Notes: generated by a model from the sequence alone, not told the origin. A stretch of DNA of 51,831 nucleotides from an uncultured Gammaproteobacteria bacterium (GCA_964618685.1 CAZUBL010000001.1:6705-58535); one strand, 5' to 3'; shown: positions 1-10,103, counted from the stretch's first letter. Made by a program: numbers and translations.

Positions 1-75
1 GAGTGGCCGATCGGGCTAGTCTCGAAAACTAGTATAGTCGCAAGGCTATCAGAGGTTCGAATCCTCTCACCTCCG
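1..75 (+). tRNA. tRNA-Ser(CGA), 5' end cut by window edge
   Basis: Anticodon arm CTAGT-CT-CGA-AA-ACTAG, long variable arm, T-arm AGAGG-TTCGAAT-CCTCT, acceptor 3' strand CACCTCC-G; CCA not encoded. Confidence 0.92.
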
Positions 76-84
76 CTTTTTCAT

Positions 85-894
85 ATGAAAATAAAAGCTA
101 TTCTATGTGACTTCGACGGTAGTCTTGCCGATCATAACGAAAAATACTCGCCCAACGCGAAAAATCTCATCGCCAGAGCACTGAATAAAGGTGTGCGTTT
201 TTCTATCGCTACCGGCAGGCAATATCTTGGGAAAATTAAAGAAACGATCAAAGATCTTGGTATCGATGGTCATCACATAGTTCATGGAGGGGCGATGATA
301 TATGACACAATAAATAACAAAAAGATATGGCACAAGGATATTTCAAAAAATTCCCTTTCTGTAATTTCGGAATACCTCAAAAAAGAAGATGTGATCTTTG
401 CTTTTGAAACTGAATACAACATATATATGTACCCCAAGCATATTGAGACTGTTTACGTGAAGAATGTTGAGGTAAAAAATTTAAATGAATATGACGGCGA
501 GGAAGTATATAAATTGTTGGTCTTTGCAAAATTAAACGGTTTTGCGGAGCCGGTAATGGATGGACATATTAAAAAAATCCAGAATCTTTCCAAAGACGTC
601 GAGATCATAAAATTTAATTTCGACGGAGCGTTTGGTGTCGATATTACTTCAGAGCGGTCGACAAAGCATACGGCTGTCCTGGAATATTGCAAGATATTGG
701 GCTATGACCGACAAGAAGTGGCGGCGATAGGGGACGGGTACAATGATTACCCGTTATTAACGGCGGTTGGGTTTAAGATCGCTATGGGAAACAGCCATAA
801 GGAACTGAAAGAGATTGCTGACCTGGTGGTCGGTCCCGTTTACGAAAACGGATTTGACGAGGCAATGGAATACATGTTGGATAATTTAACATAA
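85..894 (+). CDS. Cof-type HAD-IIB family hydrolase
   Basis: DFDGSL motif I, ATGR motif II, K...GDGYND motifs III/IV. Confidence 0.9.
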   Translation: MKIKAILCDFDGSLADHNEKYSPNAKNLIARALNKGVRFSIATGRQYLGKIKETIKDLGIDGHHIVHGGAMIYDTINNKKIWHKDISKNSLSVISEYLKKEDVIFAFETEYNIYMYPKHIETVYVKNVEVKNLNEYDGEEVYKLLVFAKLNGFAEPVMDGHIKKIQNLSKDVEIIKFNFDGAFGVDITSERSTKHTAVLEYCKILGYDRQEVAAIGDGYNDYPLLTAVGFKIAMGNSHKELKEIADLVVGPVYENGFDEAMEYMLDNLT

Positions 895-898
895 ATAT

Positions 899-1303
899 AT
901 GGGAAGCTGCGCTGTATGTATTCTTGGAATTGGTGGCGGGCTCCTTCTCGCCCGTAAGTTTGGTGTCGATGATTACGTTATGGCGGTATGGATCTCGGGA
1001 TTGAATACAGCCATGGCTTTTTATTTATCGGGGCTCATAAAGGCAAAGACTATTGGTAAACCTTTTCTACTTTCGGTTATTTTTTACTTCATGACATATC
1101 TTTACTTGCTGCAGACGGGTCAGATAACTGACCGAGTAATTGTCGGTTTGACGATCGGTATAGTGACATATTTTGTTGCTCATTTTATCGAGAGGATTAT
1201 GTTTAAGAGAAACAAGGAGAAAAGTCTTGTACCCTTTCAGAGGGTAATAATTTCCGTATTTTTTTTGATGTTGGTGAGTTTAGCCGCAGCTTTCGCATTT
1301 TAA
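899..1303 (+). CDS. Hypothetical membrane protein with N-terminal CxxC
   Basis: 134-aa ORF, CAVC at N-terminus, about 4-5 hydrophobic segments, G-V-D-D...W pattern resembling a conserved CPR membrane family. Confidence 0.7.
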   Translation: MGSCAVCILGIGGGLLLARKFGVDDYVMAVWISGLNTAMAFYLSGLIKAKTIGKPFLLSVIFYFMTYLYLLQTGQITDRVIVGLTIGIVTYFVAHFIERIMFKRNKEKSLVPFQRVIISVFFLMLVSLAAAFAF

Positions 1304-1357
1304 GATCTCCTTCAGGCTGGCAAGAATGTTTTTGAGGATTTCCTTGAGGGTATCCAT
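1280..1357 (-). CDS. Putative leaderless 25-aa small protein MDTLKEILKNILASLKEILKCESCG (not in ORF track)
   Basis: Minus-strand TGT-TATAAT (1372..1364), 6-nt spacer, ATG at 1357, TAA at 1282..1280; amphipathic LKEILK repeat and C-terminal CxxC. Confidence 0.55.
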   Translation of the reverse strand: MDTLKEILKNILASLKEILKCESCG

Positions 1358-1403
1358 ATTTTTATTATAACAGCGCGTTGTGGTACAATTAAGCCAAAGT
1401 TTT

Positions 1404-1880
1404 ATGGATTATTATCAGAGTCCGACGTACGGTAAGGTAGACCTTGAACGATTAAGGGAAATCGTTTCTGAATTCATGAGCAAGGATAAAAAGGCCAAGT
1501 ACGAAATCATCGTCGGCACCGATTCACAGAAGATCGAAAAGAATAAATACGACTTCGTGTCAGCCCTCGTTATTCATAGGGTCGGCTGGGGGGGGATCTA
1601 TTTTTGGAAGAGAATCGTCCAGGATAAAAAAATCTCTCTTAAAGAAAGGATTTATCAGGAGGCAACGATGTCCCTGACAACGTCTGAAAATTTTGTCAGC
1701 TTCTTCAGGACCAACGGCATTTCCAAATACAATTTCCAAATCCACGTCGACATCGGCCCAAACGGAGAAACTCGCGAACTCATAAACGAAGTCGTTGGCA
1801 TGATCCGCGGGTCAGGATATGAAGTCAAGATAAAGCCAGATTCATACGGAGCGTCAAAAGTGGCGGATAGGTACACCTAA
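1404..1880 (+). CDS. RNase H-like YkuK family protein (DUF458)
   Basis: IVGTDSQ, RIYQEA, IHVDIG.NG.T, KPDSYGASKVADRY motifs; start moved to ATG 1404 (TGG-TACAAT upstream). Confidence 0.85.
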   Translation: MDYYQSPTYGKVDLERLREIVSEFMSKDKKAKYEIIVGTDSQKIEKNKYDFVSALVIHRVGWGGIYFWKRIVQDKKISLKERIYQEATMSLTTSENFVSFFRTNGISKYNFQIHVDIGPNGETRELINEVVGMIRGSGYEVKIKPDSYGASKVADRYT

Positions 1881-1882
1881 TC

Positions 1883-2926
1883 TCACAAATATTCCTTGAT
1901 ATTGTTTTCGGTGATCGTGAAAGACTGACCGACTCCGGATACGATTTTGAAAGACACCTTTCTGACAATACCCTCGACCGTTCTTTCAAGACTCCTTATT
2001 CCGGCATCAAATCCCATCGGTCTTGTGATCTTAGGCCAGACGGAATCTTCAATCCTCAAGTTCTCTTCGTCCAGTCCTGTCTCCTTCAGAAGGTTGGGAA
2101 GGACGTACTTTTTGGCGATCGCGATCTTTTCCTCGTCGGTGTATGATGGCATCTGGATGACCTCAAGCCTGTCCATGACGGCCGTTGAAATGCTGTTGGT
2201 GTTGTTGGCCGTCGCGATAAACAGGACCTGGGAAAGGTCAAATGGGTAATCGAGGAAATAATCGGAGAAATTGGCGTTTTGGTTGGCGTCCAAAAGTTCA
2301 ATTAAGACTCCCATGATTGAAGCCCGTGATTCGGGAGTGATTCGGTCGAGCTCATCCAAAAGAATGACGGGATTTTTGGTCTGGGCGCGCCTTATCGCCC
2401 TTATAATCATTCCGGGTTCGGCTTCCATTGATGTCTTGGACTGCCCCCTTAAATCAAGAGCCGAGGATAGGCCGCCAAAAGGGATTCTGACAAATTTCCG
2501 CCCAAGGGCTTCAGCCACCGATATGGCAAGAGTCGTCTTACCTGTGCCGGCAAGACCGACGAAAAAGAGCGTCGGGGCATGAAAAACATCTGTCTTTAAA
2601 GTATGTCTTTGGACAATCAAAACTGAAAGAAACTCCAATATCCTTTCCTTGATCTTGACCAATCCGTAATGATTCTGATCAAGGATCTCTTTGGCTTTGT
2701 CAATATCCAAAATGTCTTCGGATTTTTTGTTCCAGGGTAAATGGGTGATCCAATCGATGTATTTAGTGGTGATATCAAGTTGCGACAGATTTCCGCCGTA
2801 CTTGAGAGCTAGGTCAATTCGCTCAATTTGCTGTTGGGCTTTCTCATGCAGATCAGACGGGAGCTCAGCATTGTGTAAAGCCGTTTTTAGTTTTTCTACT
2901 TCCGAAAGACTTTTCTGGTCGTCCAT
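1883..2926 (-). CDS. Lon-like AAA+ ATPase lacking Lon N-domain and protease domain
   Basis: LPW..HYGL..IKERILEFL, Walker A GLAGTGKT, Walker B LLDE, TAN sensor-1, DRLE arginine finger; ends at ITENNIKEYL where the protease domain normally starts. Confidence 0.9.
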   Translation of the reverse strand: MDDQKSLSEVEKLKTALHNAELPSDLHEKAQQQIERIDLALKYGGNLSQLDITTKYIDWITHLPWNKKSEDILDIDKAKEILDQNHYGLVKIKERILEFLSVLIVQRHTLKTDVFHAPTLFFVGLAGTGKTTLAISVAEALGRKFVRIPFGGLSSALDLRGQSKTSMEAEPGMIIRAIRRAQTKNPVILLDELDRITPESRASIMGVLIELLDANQNANFSDYFLDYPFDLSQVLFIATANNTNSISTAVMDRLEVIQMPSYTDEEKIAIAKKYVLPNLLKETGLDEENLRIEDSVWPKITRPMGFDAGIRSLERTVEGIVRKVSFKIVSGVGQSFTITENNIKEYL

Positions 2927-2950
2927 ATGATTAGCAGAGTAATGTCTCTA

Positions 2951-2979
2951 TTGACAAAATGACAATTTTCTATTAGTAT
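2951..2979 (+). promoter_or_regulatory. Sigma70-type promoter for groES-groEL
   Basis: TTGACA (2951-2956), 17 nt, TAGTAT (2974-2979). Confidence 0.7.
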
Positions 2980-3063
2980 GTCTTTACTAAAACAATCTTC
3001 CTGAATTAATTTCAGGTAATTAAAAAGGTTATCTAGTTATAAATTCATTCTATATAATCTCGT

Positions 3064-3393
3064 ATGTCAAAAACAACTGGATCTGGGATCAAACCCCTTT
3101 TCGATTACGTATTAGTTAAACCTCTTGAAGGCGAAACCAAGACTCCATCAGGAATAGTCCTTCCGGACACGGCCAAAGAAAAACCGCAAATCGGTGAAAT
3201 AATGGCTGTCGGGCCGGGATCCGATGATTGCTGCGGAGAATGCTGTGGAGATGAGAAGGATTCGTGTCAATCGATGGTCGTTAAAGTTGGTCAGAAAGTC
3301 CTCTACAAAAAATGGGGAGGCAACGAAGTCAAGGTAGGACACGAAGAATGGCTCTTAATAGAACAAAAAGACATTATGGCAGTTGTCGAATAA
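3064..3393 (+). CDS. groES: Co-chaperonin GroES with Cys-rich insert
   Basis: IKPLFDYVLVK, TPSGIVLPDTAKEKPQ, AVGPG, VKVGQKVLY; upstream of groEL. Confidence 0.96.
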   Translation: MSKTTGSGIKPLFDYVLVKPLEGETKTPSGIVLPDTAKEKPQIGEIMAVGPGSDDCCGECCGDEKDSCQSMVVKVGQKVLYKKWGGNEVKVGHEEWLLIEQKDIMAVVE

Positions 3394-3407
3394 TCGTTAC
3401 AAATTAA

Positions 3408-5099
<1,692 letters not shown>

Positions 5100-5121
5100 G
5101 ATAAGTCAAACGATTGTTAAT

Positions 5122-5146
5122 AAACCCCGCCGAAAGGCGGGGTTTT
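5122..5146 (+). terminator. Rho-independent terminator after groEL
   Basis: AAACCCCGCC-GAAA-GGCGGGGTTTT hairpin. Confidence 0.9.
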
Positions 5147-5160
5147 AGTATAATTCCAGT

Positions 5161-5838
5161 ATGTCGATTTTTGAACTTCTCAGTAAGCAGAAACACTTAT
5201 TCCCAAAAAACGAGGGTATAGGCTTCAACGATCGGGAACTTTCAATAACCCACAAGAAACGCAACTACCTAAAGGTAAATAATAAGGAGGCAAGATTATT
5301 TGAAATCGATGTTTTATCTAAATTGAAGTCTGACAATAATAAAAGCTGGGATAAATTCGATTCCTATTTTTCTTTTATTGGAGAAATAAATAACAGGATC
5401 ATGAGATTAAACCATTTGGGGTTCGGATACAAAGCGCAAAACGCTAACATGGAATTGGGTGAATACGAAAAGCATTTAGGAGATGGTTTCCAGTTAGTAG
5501 AAGAAGAGTCGGGTGACAAAGACAATAACCGCTGGTTTTTTATCAGACACAAAGAGGATCGGTCCATTCCGAAGGTTGAACTAATTTTTTATTTTTCGGA
5601 CAAGTACAAAGATTTCTGTCCCCAGTTTCAGATAGATATTGATACCGATATGTCGTTTGCTGAATTAAATGGAGTTGCCGAAAAACATATGGGAAAAGAT
5701 TTCTTCTTTTGGAGGTACGATGTTCCGGCCTATGGGGTTGTCATGGCAATGGGTAAAATAGGAATGATTAATGGAATTAATATTTTGGTAGGTCTCGGAA
5801 CAAACCTCAGAAAATCCCAGACATTTATGAAAATATGA
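5161..5838 (+). CDS. Hypothetical protein (possible VOC/glyoxalase-like fold)
   Basis: 225-aa ORF; LNHLGFGY...KVELIF pattern weakly resembles VOC; TATAAT 6 nt before ATG. Confidence 0.55.
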   Translation: MSIFELLSKQKHLFPKNEGIGFNDRELSITHKKRNYLKVNNKEARLFEIDVLSKLKSDNNKSWDKFDSYFSFIGEINNRIMRLNHLGFGYKAQNANMELGEYEKHLGDGFQLVEEESGDKDNNRWFFIRHKEDRSIPKVELIFYFSDKYKDFCPQFQIDIDTDMSFAELNGVAEKHMGKDFFFWRYDVPAYGVVMAMGKIGMINGINILVGLGTNLRKSQTFMKI

Positions 5839-6320
5839 AAAGAAATATTGCCGTTACCCTTGAGTGCTTTATAAAGAAGGGAGATAAGTATTTGATGCTC
5901 CACCGGCACCCGGGGAAGAAAATAATGCCTGACGTCTGGATGGCGCCCGGCGGTCATCGTGAATTCAACGAAGGACTGTTTGAGGCGGCCAGACGGGAAG
6001 TCATGGAAGAGACAGGGCTAAAGATAAAAAATCTTAAACTAAAAGCAGTTGGCAACGCTTATTTGAAAGACCTGGATCAGGAATTTTTTTTCTTCATGGT
6101 GCTTGCGGATTATGACTCAGGTGTTCTCAAACAAAAGATCGACGACGGGGAGTTTGTCTGGTTGAGTAAGGAAGAAGTCCTGGCGCTCGACAATCTGTTG
6201 GCCGAGCTTAAGAAAGTCTTGCCCCATATTCTATCGGAAAACCTAGAGGTAATTTCCTATAAAGCGGTATACGAGAAAGGGAACGAAATGAGTTTTTTTG
6301 AGATGGAATCTTCGGAATAA
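5835..6320 (+). CDS. NUDIX hydrolase
   Basis: Nudix box GGHREFNEGLFEAARREVMEETGL. Confidence 0.9.
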   Translation: MKRNIAVTLECFIKKGDKYLMLHRHPGKKIMPDVWMAPGGHREFNEGLFEAARREVMEETGLKIKNLKLKAVGNAYLKDLDQEFFFFMVLADYDSGVLKQKIDDGEFVWLSKEEVLALDNLLAELKKVLPHILSENLEVISYKAVYEKGNEMSFFEMESSE

Positions 6321-6362
6321 TTATCTGCTACAATCATTATTAGAAAGGCGGTGATAATAAGT

Positions 6363-6620
6363 ATGGCCGATCAAAAAGTGGGCAATGTTTCCCACTACTA
6401 CAATCACCTAGGGGTAGCCATCATTGAGGTCGAATCTCCATTTGCGGTTGGCGACACATTGAAGTTTATCAGGCGAGGCGACAACGAGGAGCTTTTCCAA
6501 CAAAAGGTTGAGTCTATCCAGGAAGAGCATGTAAGTCTGGAAAAAGCCGAAAAGGGGAAAAGCGTCGGGGTCAAAGTTGACCAACTGGTCCATAAGGGTG
6601 TCGATGTTTTTAAGATATAG
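6363..6620 (+). CDS. Small beta-barrel protein (translation elongation factor-like / U32 C-terminal-like)
   Basis: VG.VSHYYNHLGVAII...F.Q.VESIQ....A..G..VGVKV; SD-like AAGGCGGTGA upstream of ATG 6363. Confidence 0.7.
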   Translation: MADQKVGNVSHYYNHLGVAIIEVESPFAVGDTLKFIRRGDNEELFQQKVESIQEEHVSLEKAEKGKSVGVKVDQLVHKGVDVFKI

Positions 6621-6641
6621 GAAGTTTGATACAATAATCTC

Positions 6642-7445
6642 ATGTCCTATAGAGATACGATAGTTGAATTATTGGCAGAATCCGCATCAATCTCCAATCG
6701 GTACTTCGGTAAGGTTTCTTATTCAATAAAACCCGGGGATAATAATCAGGTTCTGACGAAAGCCGATCTTGAAATTGGTGACTACATAGTTTCAACCCTG
6801 CAAAAAAAATATCCCGAGCATAATATTATCGACGAGGAGTCTGGGTTCATAGACAAACGCTCAGAATACACTTGGGTAGTTGATCCGATAGACGGGACTG
6901 GGAATTTTGCAGTGGGCCTGCCTTTATATGGGATAATAATCGGTCTTCTACACAAAAATGATCCTATTGCCGGAGGAGTATCCCTGCCATATTTTGACGA
7001 AACATATTATGGAGAAAAAGGTCAGGGGGCTTACAGGAACGGACAGCTTGTTAGGGTAAGCAGTAACCCAAGGCTTTCTGAGTCTTTGGTCGCATACGGC
7101 TTAGACAGCCATTATGATAACCCGGAATTTACCAAAAATGAAATGACTATTTTGGGGCGATTGGTCAATAGCATCCAAAACCTAAGGTCGTCAAATAGCG
7201 TTTACGACGCCATGATGGTCGCATCTGGTAAATTTGGAGGCTATGCGAATCAGTCGATGCGGATATGGGACGTTGTCGGCCCGCAAATAATAATCGAGGA
7301 AGCAGGGGGTAAGGTCACCGATATTGAAGGAAATTCAATTAACTACAAAAACCATATGGAAAAAATTCGGGATCACTTTACTTTTTTGTCCGCGTCAAAT
7401 ATCCTTCATTCACAGATTCTTGAAGTCATAAAGGCACAGGTTTAG
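6642..7445 (+). CDS. Inositol monophosphatase family protein (SuhB-like)
   Basis: DEESG, WVVDPIDGTGNF, WDVVG motifs. Confidence 0.92.
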   Translation: MSYRDTIVELLAESASISNRYFGKVSYSIKPGDNNQVLTKADLEIGDYIVSTLQKKYPEHNIIDEESGFIDKRSEYTWVVDPIDGTGNFAVGLPLYGIIIGLLHKNDPIAGGVSLPYFDETYYGEKGQGAYRNGQLVRVSSNPRLSESLVAYGLDSHYDNPEFTKNEMTILGRLVNSIQNLRSSNSVYDAMMVASGKFGGYANQSMRIWDVVGPQIIIEEAGGKVTDIEGNSINYKNHMEKIRDHFTFLSASNILHSQILEVIKAQV

Positions 7446-7461
7446 TTTGATATAATAGTCT

Positions 7462-8112
7462 GTGTCAAAAATAAGGGAAATCTACGAAGGTGCAAAAACA
7501 AAATACCATCGGCATAAAAAGGGTGTCGGAATTGGTGTAGCTTTTGCGGGTATCTCGCCACTTTTTCTTGTGCCGGTTCAAACCGCGATGACGGCCGGTG
7601 TTGCCGAAGCGGTCAATCATTTTGGGTCAACACCGCTCGCGCTTCTTGCCTACGGACTTATCGCTCTTAATGCCGCCAGTATTGCCGTAGAATCGGTAAC
7701 CCTAGCGCGCCACAACTATAGTAACAATCCGCCATCTTCAATTTTAAATATTATGGTCAAGGATACGGCCGATAAAATACCTGTCATAAAGGACGTTTTT
7801 AAAAAATGTCCGATAATTCCGGCGGTGTTTGTATCAGCGGTCAGTCACGCATATCACTTGCTGCCGGTTGGCGTCATGAATCCGTATTTGCTATCGAGTG
7901 TTAGATCGGTCTTATCTGACGACAAAAAACCTTTTCTTGAAAACTTTGGTTCAATTTCAGTAGCCTTGGCTTTATGGAATATTGCTTCCAACACCCTCAT
8001 ATTAAGAGGCGATGCCGATAAGGCAGCCGATAAAATTTTTGAATTGGGTAGAGCGATCAAAAACGAGGTCAAGAGTAAGGTTAATAGTTTAAGAAATAAG
8101 AAGAAATCATAA
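7462..8112 (+). CDS. Hypothetical membrane protein
   Basis: 216-aa ORF with several hydrophobic segments; TGA-TATAAT just upstream of GTG. Confidence 0.6.
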   Translation: MSKIREIYEGAKTKYHRHKKGVGIGVAFAGISPLFLVPVQTAMTAGVAEAVNHFGSTPLALLAYGLIALNAASIAVESVTLARHNYSNNPPSSILNIMVKDTADKIPVIKDVFKKCPIIPAVFVSAVSHAYHLLPVGVMNPYLLSSVRSVLSDDKKPFLENFGSISVALALWNIASNTLILRGDADKAADKIFELGRAIKNEVKSKVNSLRNKKKS

Positions 8113-8198
8113 ATTCTTGAAGAGTATAAGCGACGGCTTTTTGAAAAGATCGACGCTCATTCTGGTAACGCAGATAACATTGTTTTTATACGATTACA

Positions 8199-8609
8199 TT
8201 AAATCCAGCCAATCTCTCTGAAGAGTTTAACCGTTGGTCGTGACATCGGGTACTTATTGAAATCATTTCTCTTTATCCATTTGAGTTCGACAACATCATC
8301 GCCCGGTCGCTCTATGCCGCTGAGGTAACTTGCCGTATAGACCAAAAAAAGATAATGGGTCTCAGTACCATTTTTGTCGGGCTCGGTATCTTCGTCAAAG
8401 GATAACCTTTTCAGGTTATGTATCTCCAGGCCGGCCTCTTCCAACGTTTCCCGCCTGATACCTTCTTCGATAGATTCTTTATCAAGATCGAGACCTCCGC
8501 CAATCATCACCCAAGTATTGGGGTATGGACCGACGTTTTTCCTTTTACGACCGAAGAGGTAAGATCCGTCTTTTTCAATAAGAACACCCGTTACAACGCG
8601 CGATTTCAT
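8199..8609 (-). CDS. NUDIX hydrolase
   Basis: Nudix box GGGLDLDKESIEEGIRRETLEEAGL. Confidence 0.9.
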   Translation of the reverse strand: MKSRVVTGVLIEKDGSYLFGRKRKNVGPYPNTWVMIGGGLDLDKESIEEGIRRETLEEAGLEIHNLKRLSFDEDTEPDKNGTETHYLFLVYTASYLSGIERPGDDVVELKWIKRNDFNKYPMSRPTVKLFREIGWI

Positions 8610-8656
8610 AAGGATATTTTAGCAGTAAATGATATAATTTATACTACTTAAGGATA

Positions 8657-8739
8657 CCAGAGGTACCCAAGTGGCCAACGGGGACAGACTGTAAATCTGT
8701 TGGGTTTTCCCTTCGGAGGTTCGAATCCTCCCCTCTGGA
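8657..8739 (+). tRNA. tRNA-Tyr(GTA) with C1:G72 and variable arm
   Basis: Acceptor CCAGAGG/CCTCTGG-A, anticodon arm ACAGA-CT-GTA-AA-TCTGT, GGAGG-TTCGAAT-CCTCC. Confidence 0.95.
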
Positions 8740-8854
8740 CATACTATTTAGGCTGTCAGGACAATTTAAATCTGCACAAAATTCCTTGCATAAATTTATT
8801 ACATTAGCATAAGATTTGATATAATTATTTTATAATCGAAGGGGGTGATTATTT

Positions 8855-9397
8855 ATGCCACCACATTGCGATACTAAAGACGGACCGTTAGTAAAAACTG
8901 CGAAAAAAGCTCTCAAAGTCGGTAATGTAAATCTTGTTCTTCCATGGGCACCTGAGGCAGCAGAAGATGAAATAAAAAAAGCCTTTGAAATTACTCTTAA
9001 AGTAAGAAAATTTAGTGACGAAGCTCAAAAATTAGCCGATAACTGGTTTTTTGAAACCGTCGTCAGACTTCATCGGGCTGGAGAAGGAGCACCATTTACC
9101 GGACTTAAACCGGCTGGACTTGATGAAGGACCGGTTGTCCCACGAGCGGAGAAAGATATAGAAGAAGGTAAACCTAAAAGAGTGATTGAGTTTCTCCAAA
9201 AAACAATAGAAGAAATATTAACTGAGAAATTCAGTCATATTCTACACACAAAAAAGTATGATGAAAATAACGTCAAGGCAGCGAGAAAATATATTTCCGC
9301 GATGCTTGATTTTATGTTGTTTTCTCATCATTTATATTTGAATATTAAAGAAGGAGGAGCTCATAAAAAAGAAAGATCGGGCGAACATAAACACTAA
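8855..9397 (+). CDS. DUF6448-like protein
   Basis: HCDT.DGP.V, FFETVVRLHRAGEGAPFTGLKPAG motifs; SD GGGGGTGA. Confidence 0.75.
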   Translation: MPPHCDTKDGPLVKTAKKALKVGNVNLVLPWAPEAAEDEIKKAFEITLKVRKFSDEAQKLADNWFFETVVRLHRAGEGAPFTGLKPAGLDEGPVVPRAEKDIEEGKPKRVIEFLQKTIEEILTEKFSHILHTKKYDENNVKAARKYISAMLDFMLFSHHLYLNIKEGGAHKKERSGEHKH

Positions 9398-9417
9398 TAA
9401 TTTGCTTGAGTAGTGAA

Positions 9418-10101
9418 TTATGTTGTTTTTTGTATCTTGTCAGATATTATTTTTCCGTCGCTGATTTCTATGATCCTGTCTGTCAGTTTGGCGTACTCAG
9501 GTTCGTGAGTCACCATAATAATAGTTTGTCCTTCAAGGTTTAGTTTAAGAAAAATGTCCAATACAACCCGAGAAGATTCCGAATCAAGATTGGCAGTTGG
9601 TTCGTCGGCAAAAATAATACCGGGATTGTGAGCAATTGCCCGGGCAATACCCACTCTCTGCTGCTCGCCTCCTGAAAGTTGGGACGGAAGATTGTTAATA
9701 TGTTTTCCAAGTCCTACTTTTTTTAATGCTTCCTCCGCCGTTTGCTCAATATTGTTTTTATAATTTTCCTGTGCCATCATTGGCAACATAACATTTTCCT
9801 TTGCAGTCAAAGTTGGTAAAATCGCATAATCTTGAAATATATAGCCAAGATTATCTCGACGAAATTCAATTCTTTTTGAACCATAGAGGTCAGTCACAAC
9901 TTTACCATTTATAGTAATTGAACCATTAGTTGGATGATCGAGCAAACCTAATTGATAAAGGAGAGTACTTTTGCCCGACCCAGATCTCCCGGTAATAGCT
10001 AAAAATTGACCTTTAGGAACAGCAAAGGAAATTCCTTTCAAGACGGTCGTTTCTATTTCACCAGTTTTAAATTTTTTTATTATATTTTTAATAGTAATCA
10101 T
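9418..10101 (-). CDS. ABC transporter ATP-binding protein (LolD/MacB-type)
   Basis: GRSGSGKS, LSGGEQQR, FADEPT, VTH. Confidence 0.95.
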   Translation of the reverse strand: MITIKNIIKKFKTGEIETTVLKGISFAVPKGQFLAITGRSGSGKSTLLYQLGLLDHPTNGSITINGKVVTDLYGSKRIEFRRDNLGYIFQDYAILPTLTAKENVMLPMMAQENYKNNIEQTAEEALKKVGLGKHINNLPSQLSGGEQQRVGIARAIAHNPGIIFADEPTANLDSESSRVVLDIFLKLNLEGQTIIMVTHEPEYAKLTDRIIEISDGKIISDKIQKTT

Positions 10102-10103
10102 AG

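Noticed and set aside
1883-2926. Frameshifted lon pseudogene
   Set aside because: ATPase motifs are intact, the ends coincide with domain borders and there is no room for protease remnants in the flanks.
2931-2957. Canonical CIRCE element upstream of groES
   Set aside because: Only TTAGCA matches; the core and 9-nt spacing of TTAGCACTC-N9-GAGTGCTAA are absent.
8113-8202. Open in-frame extension after the TAA of 7462..8112 (ILEEYKRRLFEKIDAH...), possible read-through or gene remnant
   Set aside because: Only 29 codons, no recognisable motif or recoding signal; compatible with chance.
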